A DNA stretch of 64,000 nt from Flaccisagitta enflata (GCA_965153355.1 OZ231126.1:37076001-37140000), one strand, 5' to 3'; positions 12,102 through 24,599 are shown, counted from the first letter of the stretch. Program-made: numbers and translations. The notes: generated by a model not told the origin, from the sequence alone.

Positions 12102-13556
12102 GATTTGGGAGAAAAAAGAAAGATAGAAAGTAAATACAGGTTCGGACGGATTTGTAAATGCTATATGTCACTTTCCAAGGTAGACCCCCCTACAGCCCAA
12201 ACGGATCATCAAAAAGACTTGAAATTTGGCATGGACACTCACCTTAGGCCTAATCGTGGGGCCATCGAGGCGATTTTTGATCAGTTGACCCAAAGCCGCG
12301 GTATGGGGCAGGGGTGGGGTACCCCAGGGGGGGCAAAAATGTCAAAAAATTTTTTTTTGATTTTTTTCATTTTTTCGACCTGGTTACTTGTTTCGGTGTC
12401 TTTAGCACCAGAATAAAGCATCATTTTGGTTTTTACTTCGTTTGAATGCAATAATATGCTATATCAAACTTAATGAGTCATTTTTCAAATTTTTCCAGAT
12501 TTTTGACAAATTTCGAAGCTCGCAAATCAGGCGTTAAGGATAGCCAGTTCAGAACTCATCGGCCGCCTCCAGAAACAGTGCATTAGCTCTTTTTCTTCAG
12601 AAATTTACATGCAATTCTAAAACCTACATGAGGCTTTGTATGTCCGTCGGTCCACCTATTTGTGCGTTGGTCTGTGAGCATGAGTCAAAAAGCGGTAAAA
12701 CGAGCGTTTTTGATAGTTTCGTGTGTGCAGGGGAAGTGGGGTGGGTGTTGGACGCCCCTGCCCACCCGTGCGCAAAAATATTGTGACCCGGCGTCACATG
12801 TTATCCTATCATTAGTATCAAGCAGCTTGCCAATTGGTGAAAAAGAAAGTAAAGTGACCTTTGTCTCACCCAAACGCAAGAGCAAGTTAGGGTTTCAGTC
12901 GCATCCGGTCAAACTGGGACGGATATAGGATACACGGCTGTCGCAGGGGGGGGGGGGCAAGGACCACGCTTGAGGTAATTAGAGCATTTGGGCAGGAGCA
13001 GTGAGGCCAAAGACCGTAGAAACATTTATCATCATCGATGGACGGACCGACGGACTAAGATTTAGTCGCGAAGCACGCAACTTGAATTGTTCCACCGAAG
13101 TCATAGCAAACGGCTGCGCAGGGAAGCCTTCATGTTTCAGTAATTTTTAAGAGAACTTAATAAGTTGTCACAGTTACCTTGCGGTTACATATTAGAGAGC
13201 CAAATGCAAAACACAAAGCTGATGGGAAAATCCATTTTCAATTTTTTGTTTGTTTTTCCTTCAATATCAAAATCAAGAATTGTTAGAGATCGGTTATGAC
13301 GCTGAGCGATGTTGTGAAAAATTATTGTTGAAAAACGTCAAATTTCTGAGCGAAAGATAGTTTATTTACGAGATAAAAAGATGTGATAATCAAGCGATAA
13401 CCTATGATCAATATGAAATATGCACAAGGATGAAAGATTACATCATTTTGCATCAGGATAACATGAAAAACCGGAGAAAAAATGAAAAACGCGAACCAAG
13501 GAAATTGTCTAATAAACCCTCAGCTGAAAACCTCTAAATTAGATTTTGGTAAAATG

Positions 13557-13798
13557 CACCTTGATCTGGGGGCTGAGAAAAACCCGAGATGAATCTCAAT
13601 AGCTTAAATTACATGAAAAGCATACTTCTAGTTGCCCCAGTGAGATGAAATTTTACATGAAGAAAGCTGATGGTTTTGCAGAGCTTCAGTTAAAATTTCA
13701 GCTCACTGGCTTAACTAGAAGTATGCTTTTCATGTAAATTAAGCTATTGAAACATGCTAGATTCATCTCGGGTTTTTCTCAGCCCCCAGATCAAGGTG
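13557..13798. mobile_element. Palindromic MITE with CAC...GTG termini and 5-bp TSD (Transib-like)
   Basis: TIRs CACCTTGATCTGGGGGCTGAGAAAAACCCGAGATGAATCT and its reverse complement; AAATG duplicated at 13552-13556 and 13799-13803. Confidence 0.8.
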
Positions 13799-14141
13799 AA
13801 ATGACAGTTTTCTTCAAAACGCTCTCATTTGGAAACGGATTGAGCAACCAAGCTCTGCTTGGTCTTGAATGGAAGATTTTTTGTCATAGTTCATGGATCT
13901 GCTTTCATTATTTTATTGGATATGAATGGTTAGGTGTCCGTATATTTATTTCCAAGATAGTAAAAAAAATACCGGGACATCTTTTATTTGAGAAATACAA
14001 AATCATCGAGAAATGTATGAGAGCCAATTTAGCTGCAACAAAACCACGCTGGTCTTTGCAAGTAAAGTTCATTCATTCATTCATTCATTCATTCATTCAT
14101 TGAGACAGACTGATCAAGTTACGCTTCATTTTTCGTGACGA

Positions 14142-14191
<50 letters not shown>

Positions 14192-14495
14192 GAGCGACAG
14201 ATTTTGTTGCCTGCGACGTGTTTTGTGTGATAAAAAATCTATGATTTTCTTCCCCATAAATAAAAAAAAAGAAAAAAAATGCCCGCCTGTCCGCAATGAT
14301 ATCATGACCCCGCGTCACCCTTTTCTCCCCGTTGCCCTTCCCTCTCTCCGAACCCTTCGATTTTTGAAAAATTCCATTATATACAGGCCTGATTGTCATA
14401 TCACTGCGTCTGTTTCCCACAACCCACTCTAATCTTACGCTTTCAATGCAGGCGTCTATAAAAAGTTGAGTGGCTTTTGAATTATTTGCCCCCCC

Positions 14496-14532
<37 letters not shown>

Positions 14533-14678
14533 TTTTCTGCCCTGTTTGGTCAAAGAACTGTTTTCTTTCCTACCCCCATAGAGAATATGGTAAAACTTGA
14601 GTCAACATAGTATTAAATTGTATCAAATCAATAAAATCTCACCTTTTGGTACTACCTAGAGGGTTATATCTTCAGTAT

Positions 14679-14903
14679 TTTTAGTCGCGTGCTACGCGAC
14701 TCTACACCCCGCTTTGTCGGTCCGTCGGTCCGTCCGTTGGTCCGTCCCGTTGGTCGGTCTGTCCGTCCATCCCACTTTTACTTTTTTTGTTTTTTTTTAT
14801 GCGGTCTCTGGCCTCACTGCTCCTGCCCAAATGATGCATTGACCTCAATTACGGCCCCTGCCCACCCGCACGCGACTGGGGTAGCCGTGTATCCGGCCTT
14901 GTT
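14679..14903 (+). mobile_element. Short Helentron/DINE-like element
   Basis: 5' TTTTAGTCGCGTGCTACGCGACT palindrome, (GTCC/GTCG)n tract, GCCCCTGCCCACCCG core, 3' hairpin GCCGTGTATCCGGC then CTTGTT; several related copies in the window. Confidence 0.75.
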
Positions 14904-15886
14904 CTTTTTACTCCCTTGCAAAGCAAATCTGAAAGAAGATGTGTCCCTTGGTAGGAAGGTCTGAATGTAACACGAATTTTGAGAGGTCGCGAAATATACT
15001 GAAATAGTGATTTCAGAGCCTAATTGGCCAAGCCACATTGGAGCCCCAACCCTATCCCACCTTGCCCCAGCTCACCCACATTACTTCCTCTGCCCACCCC
15101 CAGCGACCACTTATTGGCTGTGTATCCGGCCTATTGCTTCTGTTCTAGCTTTTGATTTTTTTCCCCATTTCCAAATCCTTTGATTTTACTCCCCCTCTCT
15201 CCCCCCGGGGGGGGGGGGGAAGAGGAGAGATACCCAACTGAGTACACGTCTGTTTCATTGTCTGTTTCATCTTTCTCTATCTTTGTTGATGGTTACAAAT
15301 ATTTTTGCCGTTTGAAATACAACTTATGCTCTGAGTAGGAATTAAGACGGCCGATTGCAAAAGTCAAAATTGCGGAAAGCGAAATTCTTCGGTTTTGACA
15401 TTGTCCCTTCTAACGTGCATTAATCATGATTACAATAAGTTAGTTAGGTTATAATGAGTTTTCCTAGTACCTAAGACACTTTTCTAAGCAGCTAAGTTGA
15501 AAAAATGAGAAAAATCGAAAAAAAATTTTTTGACATTTTTGCCCCCCAGGGGTACCCCCACCCCTGCCCCATATCGCGGCTTTGGGGCAATATATCAAAA
15601 ATCGCCTCGATGGCCCCACGATTAGGCATAAGATGAGTATCCATGCCAAATTTCAGGTCTTTATGATGATCCGTTTGGGCTGTAGGGGGGTCTACCTTGG
15701 AAAGTGACATATAGCATTTACAAATCCGTCCGAACCTGTAAGGTGTTTTTTTCTTGTTTACTTTGAGAAATATGAAAGAAAGAAAAAAAAATAAAGTGGG
15801 AAAGAAAGTATAGTTGTTTTGTCTCATTGACAATGAGATATTGTGTTGGCACTAGCAGTAACAGATTTGAGTCACTTTGTTATGGA

Positions 15887-16640
15887 TTTTTGTCCCCGAC
15901 GAACAGTTTTCGTCGGTGACTATGTGATAGCAGTGATGCGTTGTCCGTTGTTCGTTTGTTCGTTCGTTTAAAACCTTCTCATATCTTCTGAACCAGACTT
16001 CAGAAGTTCATGAAACTTTACCAGTGGTATTTTTATGTCAATGGAAGCTTGTGTACCAATTTTCAGAAAAATTCATAAACTTTTACTACCCTTTGCCTAT
16101 TATTTTTGTAGTAATATTTAGCTGGGACTTAGGTGGTTTACATAGGTAGAGGGTAGTAAAAGTTTATGAATTTTTGTTTAATTTGGTATACAAGTGTAGG
16201 GTACTAAATAAACAACCCCTGCAAAATTCGAATTAAATCGGAAGTCTGGTTTATGAGATATAAGCTTATTTATGTAGTAGTATGTTGCTAGGACTTAGGC
16301 AATTTACATAGGCAAAGGGTAGTAAAGGTATGTGAATTTTTTTCTAATTTGGTACACAAGTAGAGGGTAGTAAATAAATAACCCCTGCAAAATTCGAATT
16401 AAATCTTAAGTCTGGTTTATGAGATATTAGCTTATTTATGTAGTAATATGTTACTATGACTTAGGCAGTTTACATAGGCAAAGGGTAGCAAAGTTATGTG
16501 AATTTTTTTTTAATTTGGTATACAAGTAAAGGATATTAATTGAACTGCCCCTGCAAAATTCGAATTAAATCTGAAGTCTGCTTTTTAAGATATAAGCTTA
16601 TTAATGTAGTAATATGTTACTAGGACTAAGGCGATTTGTA
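15887..16640 (+). repeat. Repeat element with 5' palindrome, (CGTT)n tract and ~166-bp tandem units (about 3)
   Basis: TTTTTGTCCCCGACGAACAGTTTTCGTCGGTGAC start; CCCCTGCAAAATTCGAATTAAATC recurs near 16216, 16382, 16548. Confidence 0.6.
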
Positions 16641-16642
16641 TA

Positions 16643-17046
16643 CAGACGGGACCCTAATAAGAGCGGAGGAGGGACCCAAACTTTTAGCATCACCCCCTAC
16701 AGCTCAAATGGCTCAAGCATTTCTCTCACTTGCTGTGGCAATTTACACCTTAGGTGAATACAATTGGCGCCACCGTGGCGATTTTTGAATTTCCACCTAG
16801 AACACCCTTAAATTTTGCAAAATCACCCTCTGGACCCTCAAAAAATTAAACCCATTTTTTTCTTCAATTTTGAAAATTTGGGGGTGTTCTAGGTGGAAAT
16901 TCAAAAATCGCCACGGTGGCGCCAATTGTATCCACCCAAGGTGTAATCCGCCATAGCAACTAAGTAAATTGCTTGAGCTATATAGGCTGTAGGGGGTGAT
17001 GCTAAAACTTTGGGTCCCTCCTCCGCTCTTATTAGGGTCCCGTCTG
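16643..17046. mobile_element. Tc1/mariner-like MITE, copy 2 (404 bp, almost fully palindromic)
   Basis: TIRs CAGACGGGACCCTAATAAGAGCGGAGGAGGGACCCAAA; TA TSD on both sides. Confidence 0.9.
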
Positions 17047-17133
17047 TAGAGGATTTGAGTTGATGAATTTGTTTACTTGCTCATTTATTACATTCTGATT
17101 TTTCTTTAGGTTTGCCATCATGGATTTCAAGAT

Positions 17134-17690
17134 TCATCTTCAACTACTGTCATCATCTTCAACTACTGTCATCATCTTCAACTCCTGTCATCATCTTCAA
17201 CTACTGTCATCATCTTCAACTACTGTCATCATCTTCAACTACTGTCATCATCTTCAACTACTGTCATCATCTTCAACTACTGTCATCATCTTCTACTACT
17301 GTCATCATCTTCTACTACTGTCATCATCTTCTACTACTGTCATCATCTTCTACTACTGTCATCATCTTCAACTACTGTCATCATCTTCAACTACTGTCAT
17401 CATCTTCAACTACTGTCATCATTTTCAACTACTGTCATCATCTTCAACTACTGTCATCATCTTCAACTACTGTCATCATCTTCAACTACTGTCATCATCT
17501 TCAACTACTGTCATCATCTTCAACTACTGTCCTCATCTTCAACTACTGTCATCATCTTCAACTACTGTCATCATTTTCAACTACTGTCATCATTTTCAAC
17601 TACTGTCATCATTTTCAACTACTGTCATCATTTTCAACTACTGTCATCATTTTCAACTACTGTCATCATCTTCATCTACTATCATCATCC
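17134..17690. repeat. 19-bp minisatellite (CATCATCTTCAACTACTGT), about 29 copies
   Basis: Directly visible tandem array without spacers. Confidence 0.95.
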
Positions 17691-18558
17691 TCGACTACTT
17701 AATTTTTTTTCAAATTTGGAAAAAAATTTTTGAAGTAAATTTTTGAAGTAAATTTTTGAAATTTTTTAAAAAAATTTTTTGGGAAAATTTCTTTGGAAAA
17801 TTTTTTTTTTTTTTGAAATTTTTTTTGAAATTTTTTTTAAAAATTTTTTTGGAAAATTTAAGAAAAAAAATTTTAGAAAAAAAAATTTAAGAAAAAAAAA
17901 TTTTTTTTTTTTTTTTTTTGAAAATTTTTTTTGAAAATTTTTTGAATATTTTTTTTCTTAGATTTTTGCTGTTATTATCATTCATTGTTGTCATTATCAT
18001 CATCCACTATTGTTATCATTATCAAGTTATGTCATCAAAACAATATTTTTTTTTCTTGAAATTGCTGCCTTGTTCTGTATCTCATCGAGTTGCGTTTACG
18101 CTACGAGAAAGCTTCAAAAATTACAGCTTTTTTTTAAAATTACAGCTTTTTTAAAAATTACAGCTTTTTTTTAAAATTACAGCTTTTTTAAAATTACAGC
18201 TTTTTTTTTAAATTACAGCTTTTTTTTAAACGTTTTTCCATCTCATGAAATTTCTTTTTTCTTAAGATTTTTTTAATTTTTCAAAAATTATTCATTATAA
18301 TCATAATTTTTTTTTACCTCTTTAAAATTTTTAAACAATCCTATGAAATCCAAAGGTTTTTTTTCTCTGTCTTGAAATATGCACCCCTCCCCTGCAATGA
18401 TTAAACTACATGTTATTTACCTACTTTTTTTTAACTGTGATATAGATAAAAGTAATAACATAGTGAGTCGGACACAGATTGGAGCCTGACGCCCCTGCCC
18501 ATTTTCCTGCCCTACGCCGCTGGCTTTGAGTGATTGTGAATGGGAGTGAGGGGAAGCA

Positions 18559-18997
18559 GGGCAGCGGCCCCGAAGGGGACGATGTCCTGTAGAACACAGG
18601 GGGAATTTGGATTTGAGGCCTGAGAGGCCAGGTTTGAGGCCTGAGAGGCTGGATTTGAAACCTGAGAGGCTAGATTTGAGACCTGAGAGGCTGGATTTGA
18701 GACCTAAGAGGCTGGATTTGAGACCAGAGAGGCTGGATTTGAGACCTGAGAGGCTGGATTTGAGGCCTGAGAGGCTGGATTTGAGGCCTGAGAGGCTGGA
18801 TTTGAGGCCTGAGAGGCTTGATTTGAGGCCTGGGAGGTCAGATTTGAGGCCTGAGAGGTCAGATTTGAGGCCTGAGAGGTAAGACTTGAGGTCTGAGGGG
18901 CCTGATGGGGGGGGCGGACGAACAAACGCACGAACGAACGAACGAACGAAAGTCCCCTGTGTTCTACAGGACATCGTCCCCTTCGGGGCCGCTGCCC
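18559..18997. mobile_element. Inverted-repeat element enclosing a 21-bp minisatellite (GAGGCCTGAGAGGCTGGATTT)
   Basis: 44-bp inverted repeats at 18559-18602 and 18954-18997; about 14 internal units; (CGAA)n tract. Confidence 0.8.
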
Positions 18998-19452
18998 AAA
19001 AAAATGAGTCAATATAAATCAGTAGAATCTGCTTTGAAAATGATTCCAATAACTCCATTTTTTTTTCTATTTTGAAGATAACTCCAAAAGCGCTCGGGGA
19101 ATGATTTTATTTTTCATTGTAACATGTTCCTACACCCCTATATCACACAAATTCCAGAGAAGCCCATTGACAGTGAAAAATCACATAACAATGGCATTGT
19201 TATGTGATTTTTCACAGATTTTTTTTAAAGCACAGTGCATATGGGTTCCTATCTAATTCCATGCTACAGCCTTTGGCTAATTCAGGTAATTCTCTAGATT
19301 CAATCAGAAGGCCGTTCCGGCAAAATACAATCTGTCCCTGCACCTGAGCAATAATCTGTCTCTACACCAATCGATTCCAGTGTTAGCCCTACACAACAAA
19401 AAGCGATTTTAAGCGTTCTCCTTATTCTTTTTCTTTTATTTCGCTCTTTCAG

Positions 19453-19503
19453 GTCGTTGACAACAAGAAACTGGAATCCAAACTTGACTACAAGCCCGTG
19501 TGA
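19453..19503 (+). CDS. PSMC6: Rpt4 terminal exon (VVDNKKLESKLDYKPV*)
   Basis: Strong pyrimidine tract + tttcAG; KKLESKLDYKPV is the known Rpt4 C-terminus; TGA at 19501-19503. Not in the ORF track. Confidence 0.95.
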   Translation, partial: VVDNKKLESKLDYKPV

Positions 19504-21278
19504 AGAAGTCGCGTGATAAACTCTGCCTCAAAAACTGATATTTCGTCTGAATTATTGCTCTGCGCGTGTTACATTCTCCTTTTGGTCGCGAACGATTTAG
19601 AAGTCGCGACATCAAGAGTAGCAATTGCATCATTCTTTACTTTCTCGCTTCCCCACAATCTTAAATTCTTTATTCGAACTGTGATTTATCGCAAATGGCA
19701 TCAATGATAAAACTGTGGACCATATTTTGAATCGACGTGTTCCTTTCCTTTTAAAAACCTCTTAATGACAGCAGGGGCGTTTTGGTATTTGTTTATGCCC
19801 ATGGGCATGAGATAGCTAATATTCGCAGGATAACTGAATCCAGGGCCGTTAAAAAAAGACGTAGTAAGGGTATTCGTATTTCTTTCATTTTATTACCAGA
19901 TCATATTGACTCATCGAAAAAACAGATGATTGATTCATTGTGAATCTGGCAACGAAATGGGACAGATTTTCTGTTTACAAGGCAAAAGGAATTTTCTGAG
20001 CTTTTCTGAGAGTTAGTCACTGTGGGATTGTGCAAAAACAGCTTAAACTTGAAGGTATTTGAGTATTTTAATTCTATTTGACAAACTTTATTTGAAACAA
20101 ATCGATTGATGCTTGTTCTTTCTAAAGATTATAGGTTGTTAGAGAAACCAAAATTATTTTTTGACTGTTCATAACTGCTATACTAACAATATTTCGAACA
20201 AAATCAAGGTAATTTTCCCATTGTGTGTTTTGTAAGAATATCGAAAGCATATCCATTGCTTGGGAGTATCATATTTAGCATCTGCCAAATGATGCTTCTT
20301 GGCAACACTTAACTGAGCGATATTGAAGAAAAAACAAAGGAAGGTTTTAGCAAAATTGATTTTGAATGTTTCTTCAGTATATTTGTTCAAAATATTCATA
20401 GTAAGTATTTTTGTATGTCAGAAAAAGAAATTTTGTTTCCATAGCAAATTCAGGGATATTAGCATGAGATTAAAAAAAATCTTTATTTTGATATCCAACA
20501 AAAATTTTGATACGTTACTCCAGTTTAAGCCATTAATGCACTAACCCGGCAGAAAAATTGGTCATTGAGAAACGATAAAACGCTGTGCCATTCTTGTGAA
20601 GTTGGGATCAGAAAGTCTGTCCGACGAAAAATGTTCAACGGGGCTACGCTAGCATTGCTATGTTGACGTTTTCTGCGGTTACGGTATGTGACGAAAAAGT
20701 AATATCACGAGGCCGTTCGAGCACACGAAACACAATTCAAATTTCACCACAAGTGTAAAATTATTGCCAGGATGATGTTGATCGTTTCACTAATTACACA
20801 ACGAAACCAGCGTAAACATGGGGGGGATGAGGAAGATGAAGGCTGGTTGAAAGGGGCATTGAAGATATTTATACAGCTAACAGAATCAACGCTTTGTATG
20901 CTGATCAATGTAGAGAAAATTTATCTGTACACTATCGGGGCTTGGCGGGCAGTATTATTTTCCCAAATTTATCCGTGCCAACTTTCCATGGGACACTTTG
21001 CTTTGTCAATTCCTTTGGCGTTTTTCTACACGGGTCTAGTGAAGAAATGGTGGATTCTCCGCAATCTGAATGCTAGTTACTGATTATTGGTTCTCTTGAT
21101 CGTATCGAATTGTACAGATGTTTTGCATTACCACGGAGGGTCGACTACCAAATTTTTGCAACCGACCCCCACGCATGGAAAGATGGACAATGGGTAGGAC
21201 AGTGGGGCGAAAGACCAGAATAAAAGAAAGAAAATAACAAAATTTGACTAAAAGCGTCTTTTCCCCCTCTTTCTTCCA

Positions 21279-22787
21279 TTACGAAATCTCATTTAAATAT
21301 TGGTTTTCACTATCCAAAGAGGTGAGCGTGGTTTGTAGGTCTCCGATGGCCATGTTCGAGTTCCTGTTGGCTTCGGTGATGGTGGTGGCGCTGGGGGCCC
21401 CACCGGCGCTGGTCATTAATACGGCCATGTTTTCAGACAAATTGGTAATGTCGTCGCCGTTGTTAAGGCGGGCATTCTCCGATGAGGACGCCGCGCCTTC
21501 GATCTTGATGGGCAGCTCGGCGTCGTTGGGCGCGGAAGCCGTTTGGCTGCCAGTAGGAGAGAGCGCCGAAGCCGTACTTTGCGGCGACATGGCGAGCAAC
21601 GGAACTGGTCCACGGGGTGACAGCGTAGAGATGGAAGAAGCGCCGCCCGGAGACATAGCGGCGATGGCAGAAAGCGGCGACAACGGCGCCGAGGTCGGCG
21701 TTTTGGAGCGGTGATGCGAATATCTACTCGGCAATTGATGAGGAGCGGGATAATGGGGAGGAAGGGGATGGTGTTGAGAAGGCGGTGGCGGATTGCCGTG
21801 AGGAGCGGAAGGTGGGTTGTTGTACGAATTGGAACCACCGTTATGCTGATACGAGTCGGCAGTGGGTGGTGGCGGGAAAATATTATTGTTGTTGGTAGGA
21901 TGACGATGACGCGGCTGGGAATGGTGATCCCCGGGATAAGGCACCTGGTGGTGAGGATTGTAAGGGGCAGTTGGATTGAAATGGTGATCGTTATGGTTGT
22001 TTTGGAACGACTGGGACGAGCCTTGATGGTGATGATGCTGTTGCTGCTGATGGTGATGTTGATTATTCTGCTGGTGTCGCTGGAGGTAATCAGGGAAGCC
22101 AGGATTGCTAGCTTGACGGTGACGAGGCAGCTGATGTTGCTGTTGATGGGCGTGAGGAATGGGGAGGTTGTTCGGGCCGCTCGCTGTGCCTCTGCTGCAA
22201 GGACGCGGTGAGAGTTGCTGCTGCTGCGATGACACGGTCGAGCATTGAATTTCCGCTCCGCCGAGGCAGGGGCTGCCACTTTGGTGGTAGGGAGAAGCGG
22301 ATGGCCCAAAGTTGTTCATAGGAGGCGGGGGACCGCCAGCATCGACGCAAGTGGGGTTGCCGCAATTGCAGCCAGTTTGGCTTTTCATCAAAAGATTGTT
22401 ATTGTTATGGCTGGGAGGGCCACCCATGGGAAGGCCTGGCTGGTTGGAGCTGCAGTTGGGACGTCCGCAGTTGCAATGATTGTCGGGGATAATAGGCGAT
22501 GGCATTGGAGGAAGGGATTGTTGTTGACTGGGTTGGTTGTGATGATGGTGTTGATTTGATGCGCCGCATCTTTGATGGTGATGTTGGTGATGTGCTGCAC
22601 CGGCGCGGTTACCGCATCTGCAGTTGTTAATGCCTCCAGCGTGACACCCAGAGTAATTGGGTGACATGATGGACTGGTTGGCGTCCCCATTGTCACAGGA
22701 AGATGCGTTGCAGTTACATCCGTTTCTACATCCCGTGTTGTTCTGATGTGGCGTTGGAGGTTGATGACTGCACATGCTGTTGACACC
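21279..22787 (-). CDS. GLI: Gli/Ci terminal exon
   Basis: ctaacAG acceptor phase 0; ends NMAIGDLQTTLTSLDSENQYLNEIS*, matching the conserved Gli/Ci C-terminal motif. Confidence 0.9.
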   Translation of the reverse strand, partial: GVNSMCSHQPPTPHQNNTGCRNGCNCNASSCDNGDANQSIMSPNYSGCHAGGINNCRCGNRAGAAHHQHHHQRCGASNQHHHHNQPSQQQSLPPMPSPIIPDNHCNCGRPNCSSNQPGLPMGGPPSHNNNNLLMKSQTGCNCGNPTCVDAGGPPPPMNNFGPSASPYHQSGSPCLGGAEIQCSTVSSQQQQLSPRPCSRGTASGPNNLPIPHAHQQQHQLPRHRQASNPGFPDYLQRHQQNNQHHHQQQQHHHHQGSSQSFQNNHNDHHFNPTAPYNPHHQVPYPGDHHSQPRHRHPTNNNNIFPPPPTADSYQHNGGSNSYNNPPSAPHGNPPPPSQHHPLPPHYPAPHQLPSRYSHHRSKTPTSAPLSPLSAIAAMSPGGASSISTLSPRGPVPLLAMSPQSTASALSPTGSQTASAPNDAELPIKIEGAASSSENARLNNGDDITNLSENMAVLMTSAGGAPSATTITEANRNSNMAIGDLQTTLTSLDSENQYLNEIS

Positions 22788-22850
22788 CTGTTAGACGAGA
22801 AAAATAAGAACTGGATTACTTAAAGGAGTTTATTTGAATACAATTTGTAC

Positions 22851-23860
22851 TTTTTGTCCGCGACGGAATATCATTCCGACGCGGACTAAAATTCAAGGCG
22901 GGTGGGTGTCGTCGTCGTCGTCGTCGTCGTCGTTGTTGTCGTCAGGGATTTTAAAAAATGGATAACTTTTTTATGCTTTGACCGATTTGGTTCATATTTG
23001 GTGGGAAGTTGTACTAGGGTAGGGCGCTTTACATCCTATCCGATTTTTGTGATCCGACCAACCCAACCAGCCCAACCAGCCTACCGGCCTAAAAGTGAAA
23101 AACGTGCATAACTTTGGCATTTTTCAACCGATTTGGTTGAAATTTGGTATGGAGTCTCTAAATGGAAGGACTCAACATATATATGTGATTTATATGCATT
23201 TGAGTATGCTAACCGGCCAAACCGACCTACCACCCAACCAGCCAACCGGCCTAAAAGTGAAAAATTGCATAACTTTGTCATTTTTCTACCAATTTGGTTG
23301 AAACTTGGTATGGGGTCTCTAAATGGAAGAACTCAACATATGCGCACTATTTATCCTGTCAAACCAGCCTACCACCCAACCAGCCTACCAGCCAAAAAGT
23401 GAAAAATGGGCATATCTTTGGCGTTTTTCAACCAATTTGGTTGAAATTTGGTATGGAGTCTCTAAATGGAAGGACTCAACACATATATGTGATTTATTTA
23501 TGTTTGAGCATGCTAACCGGCCAAACCAACCTACCACCAACCAGCTTACCGGCCTAAAAGTGAAAAATTTACATAAATTGGACATTTTTCAACCAAATTG
23601 GTTGAAACTTGGTATGGAGTCTCTAAATGGAAGAACTCAACATACGCACACTATTTATCCAAACCAGCCTACCACCCAACCACCCTACTAGCCTAAAAGT
23701 GAAACGGATTTGCATGAAACTTTGTATGGCGGCTCTAAATGTAAAGACTTATAGTTTTAGCGAACTTTTAGGGTTAGCGATCTTTTGGTCATGGCGATCT
23801 TATGGAATTGGTGATCTTTAACCCCCTTCCGTCGCGGACCCAGATACTGATCAGATTTTT
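22851..23860 (+). mobile_element. Complete Helentron/DINE-1-like element in the last Gli intron
   Basis: Subterminal inverted repeats GTCCGCGACGGAA (22856-22868) / TTCCGTCGCGGAC (23827-23839), adjacent partial inverted copy (22874-22886), (GTC)n, internal tandem units, T-run flanks. Confidence 0.75.
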
Positions 23861-23936
23861 CTATACAAACATAATAATGCGAGTTCTCAGTACCAACATG
23901 TCATTATAGCACTGACGGGAAATCATTGGTTATGTA

Positions 23937-24599
23937 CAGACGGGACCCTAATAAGAGCGGAAGAGGGACCCTTACAGCTCACATGGTTCAATCAACTTCT
24001 ACAATTGCAGTGACGGTTGACACCTTAAGTGGAAAGAAATGGCGCCACCATGGCGATTTTTCAATTTCCACCCTGAACCCCTTCAAACCACCCTCTAAGC
24101 CCAAAAAATCGAATCATTTTTTTTCTCAAATTTTGATATAAAATTGGTCTGTTGGGGGGGGGTTAAAGGTGAAAATTGAACAAGGTCATTAGACCCAAGT
24201 CGCGTGCGTCAGTATTTTCAGAAAGATTCCGCCAGATATACAAACAGACAGACAGACAGATATACAGATAGACAGACAGATAGATAGATAGACAGACAGA
24301 CAGACAAATTTTCAAAATGACCTCAGAATAAGTGATCTCTACCTCCCAGTACCTTCTCTAGAGTTAAAAAATGCTAAAACAAAATGCATTTAAAACGACT
24401 TTGTTACGGACCGATGGACCGACATAGTGGCTTATAGAGTCACGTAGCACGCGACTAAAAATCGTCACGGTGGCGCCAATTGTTTCCACCTAAGGTGTCA
24501 ACCGCCATTGCAAATGAGAAAATTGAATGAACCATGTGAGCTGTAGGGGGGGCATGTAACAATTGAGTCCCTCTTCCAATCTTATTTGGATCCCGTCTG
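23937..24599. mobile_element. Tc1/mariner-like MITE, copy 3, with nested insertion (~24180-24460)
   Basis: Same termini as copies 1-2; TA on both flanks. Confidence 0.8.

Larger units (their letters stand above)
12137..15738. mobile_element. Tc1/mariner-like non-autonomous TIR element, 3.6 kb, with nested insertions
   Basis: About 250-bp terminal inverted repeats CAGGTTCGGACGGATTTGTAAATGC... / ...GCATTTACAAATCCGTCCGAACCTG, TA on both flanks; no transposase ORF. Confidence 0.85.
10915..19247. mobile_element. Degenerate inverted-repeat pair (10915-11135 and 19000-19247) enclosing most of the last PSMC6 intron; probable old DNA transposon
   Basis: AATCATTCCCGAGCGCTTTTTGAGTAATCTTCAAAATAGAA (11039 on) matches the reverse complement of ~19065-19107; AAAAATCACATAACA also mirrored. 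No clean TSD seen. Confidence 0.5.

Noticed and set aside
17112-17746. 196/208-aa repetitive ORFs; CRISPR-like regularity
   Set aside because: 19-bp head-to-tail minisatellite with no spacers, in a eukaryotic intron.
18417-19058. 213-aa ORF with LSGLKSS repeats resembling leucine-rich repeats
   Set aside because: 21-bp minisatellite inside an inverted-repeat element.
19453-21279. Functional link between a proteasome gene and Gli (human GLI3 lies near PSMA2)
   Set aside because: PSMC6 is unrelated to PSMA2; adjacency alone supports nothing.
21244-22786. Overlapping antisense and alternate-frame ORFs over the Gli last exon
   Set aside because: Shadows of a GC-rich coding exon.
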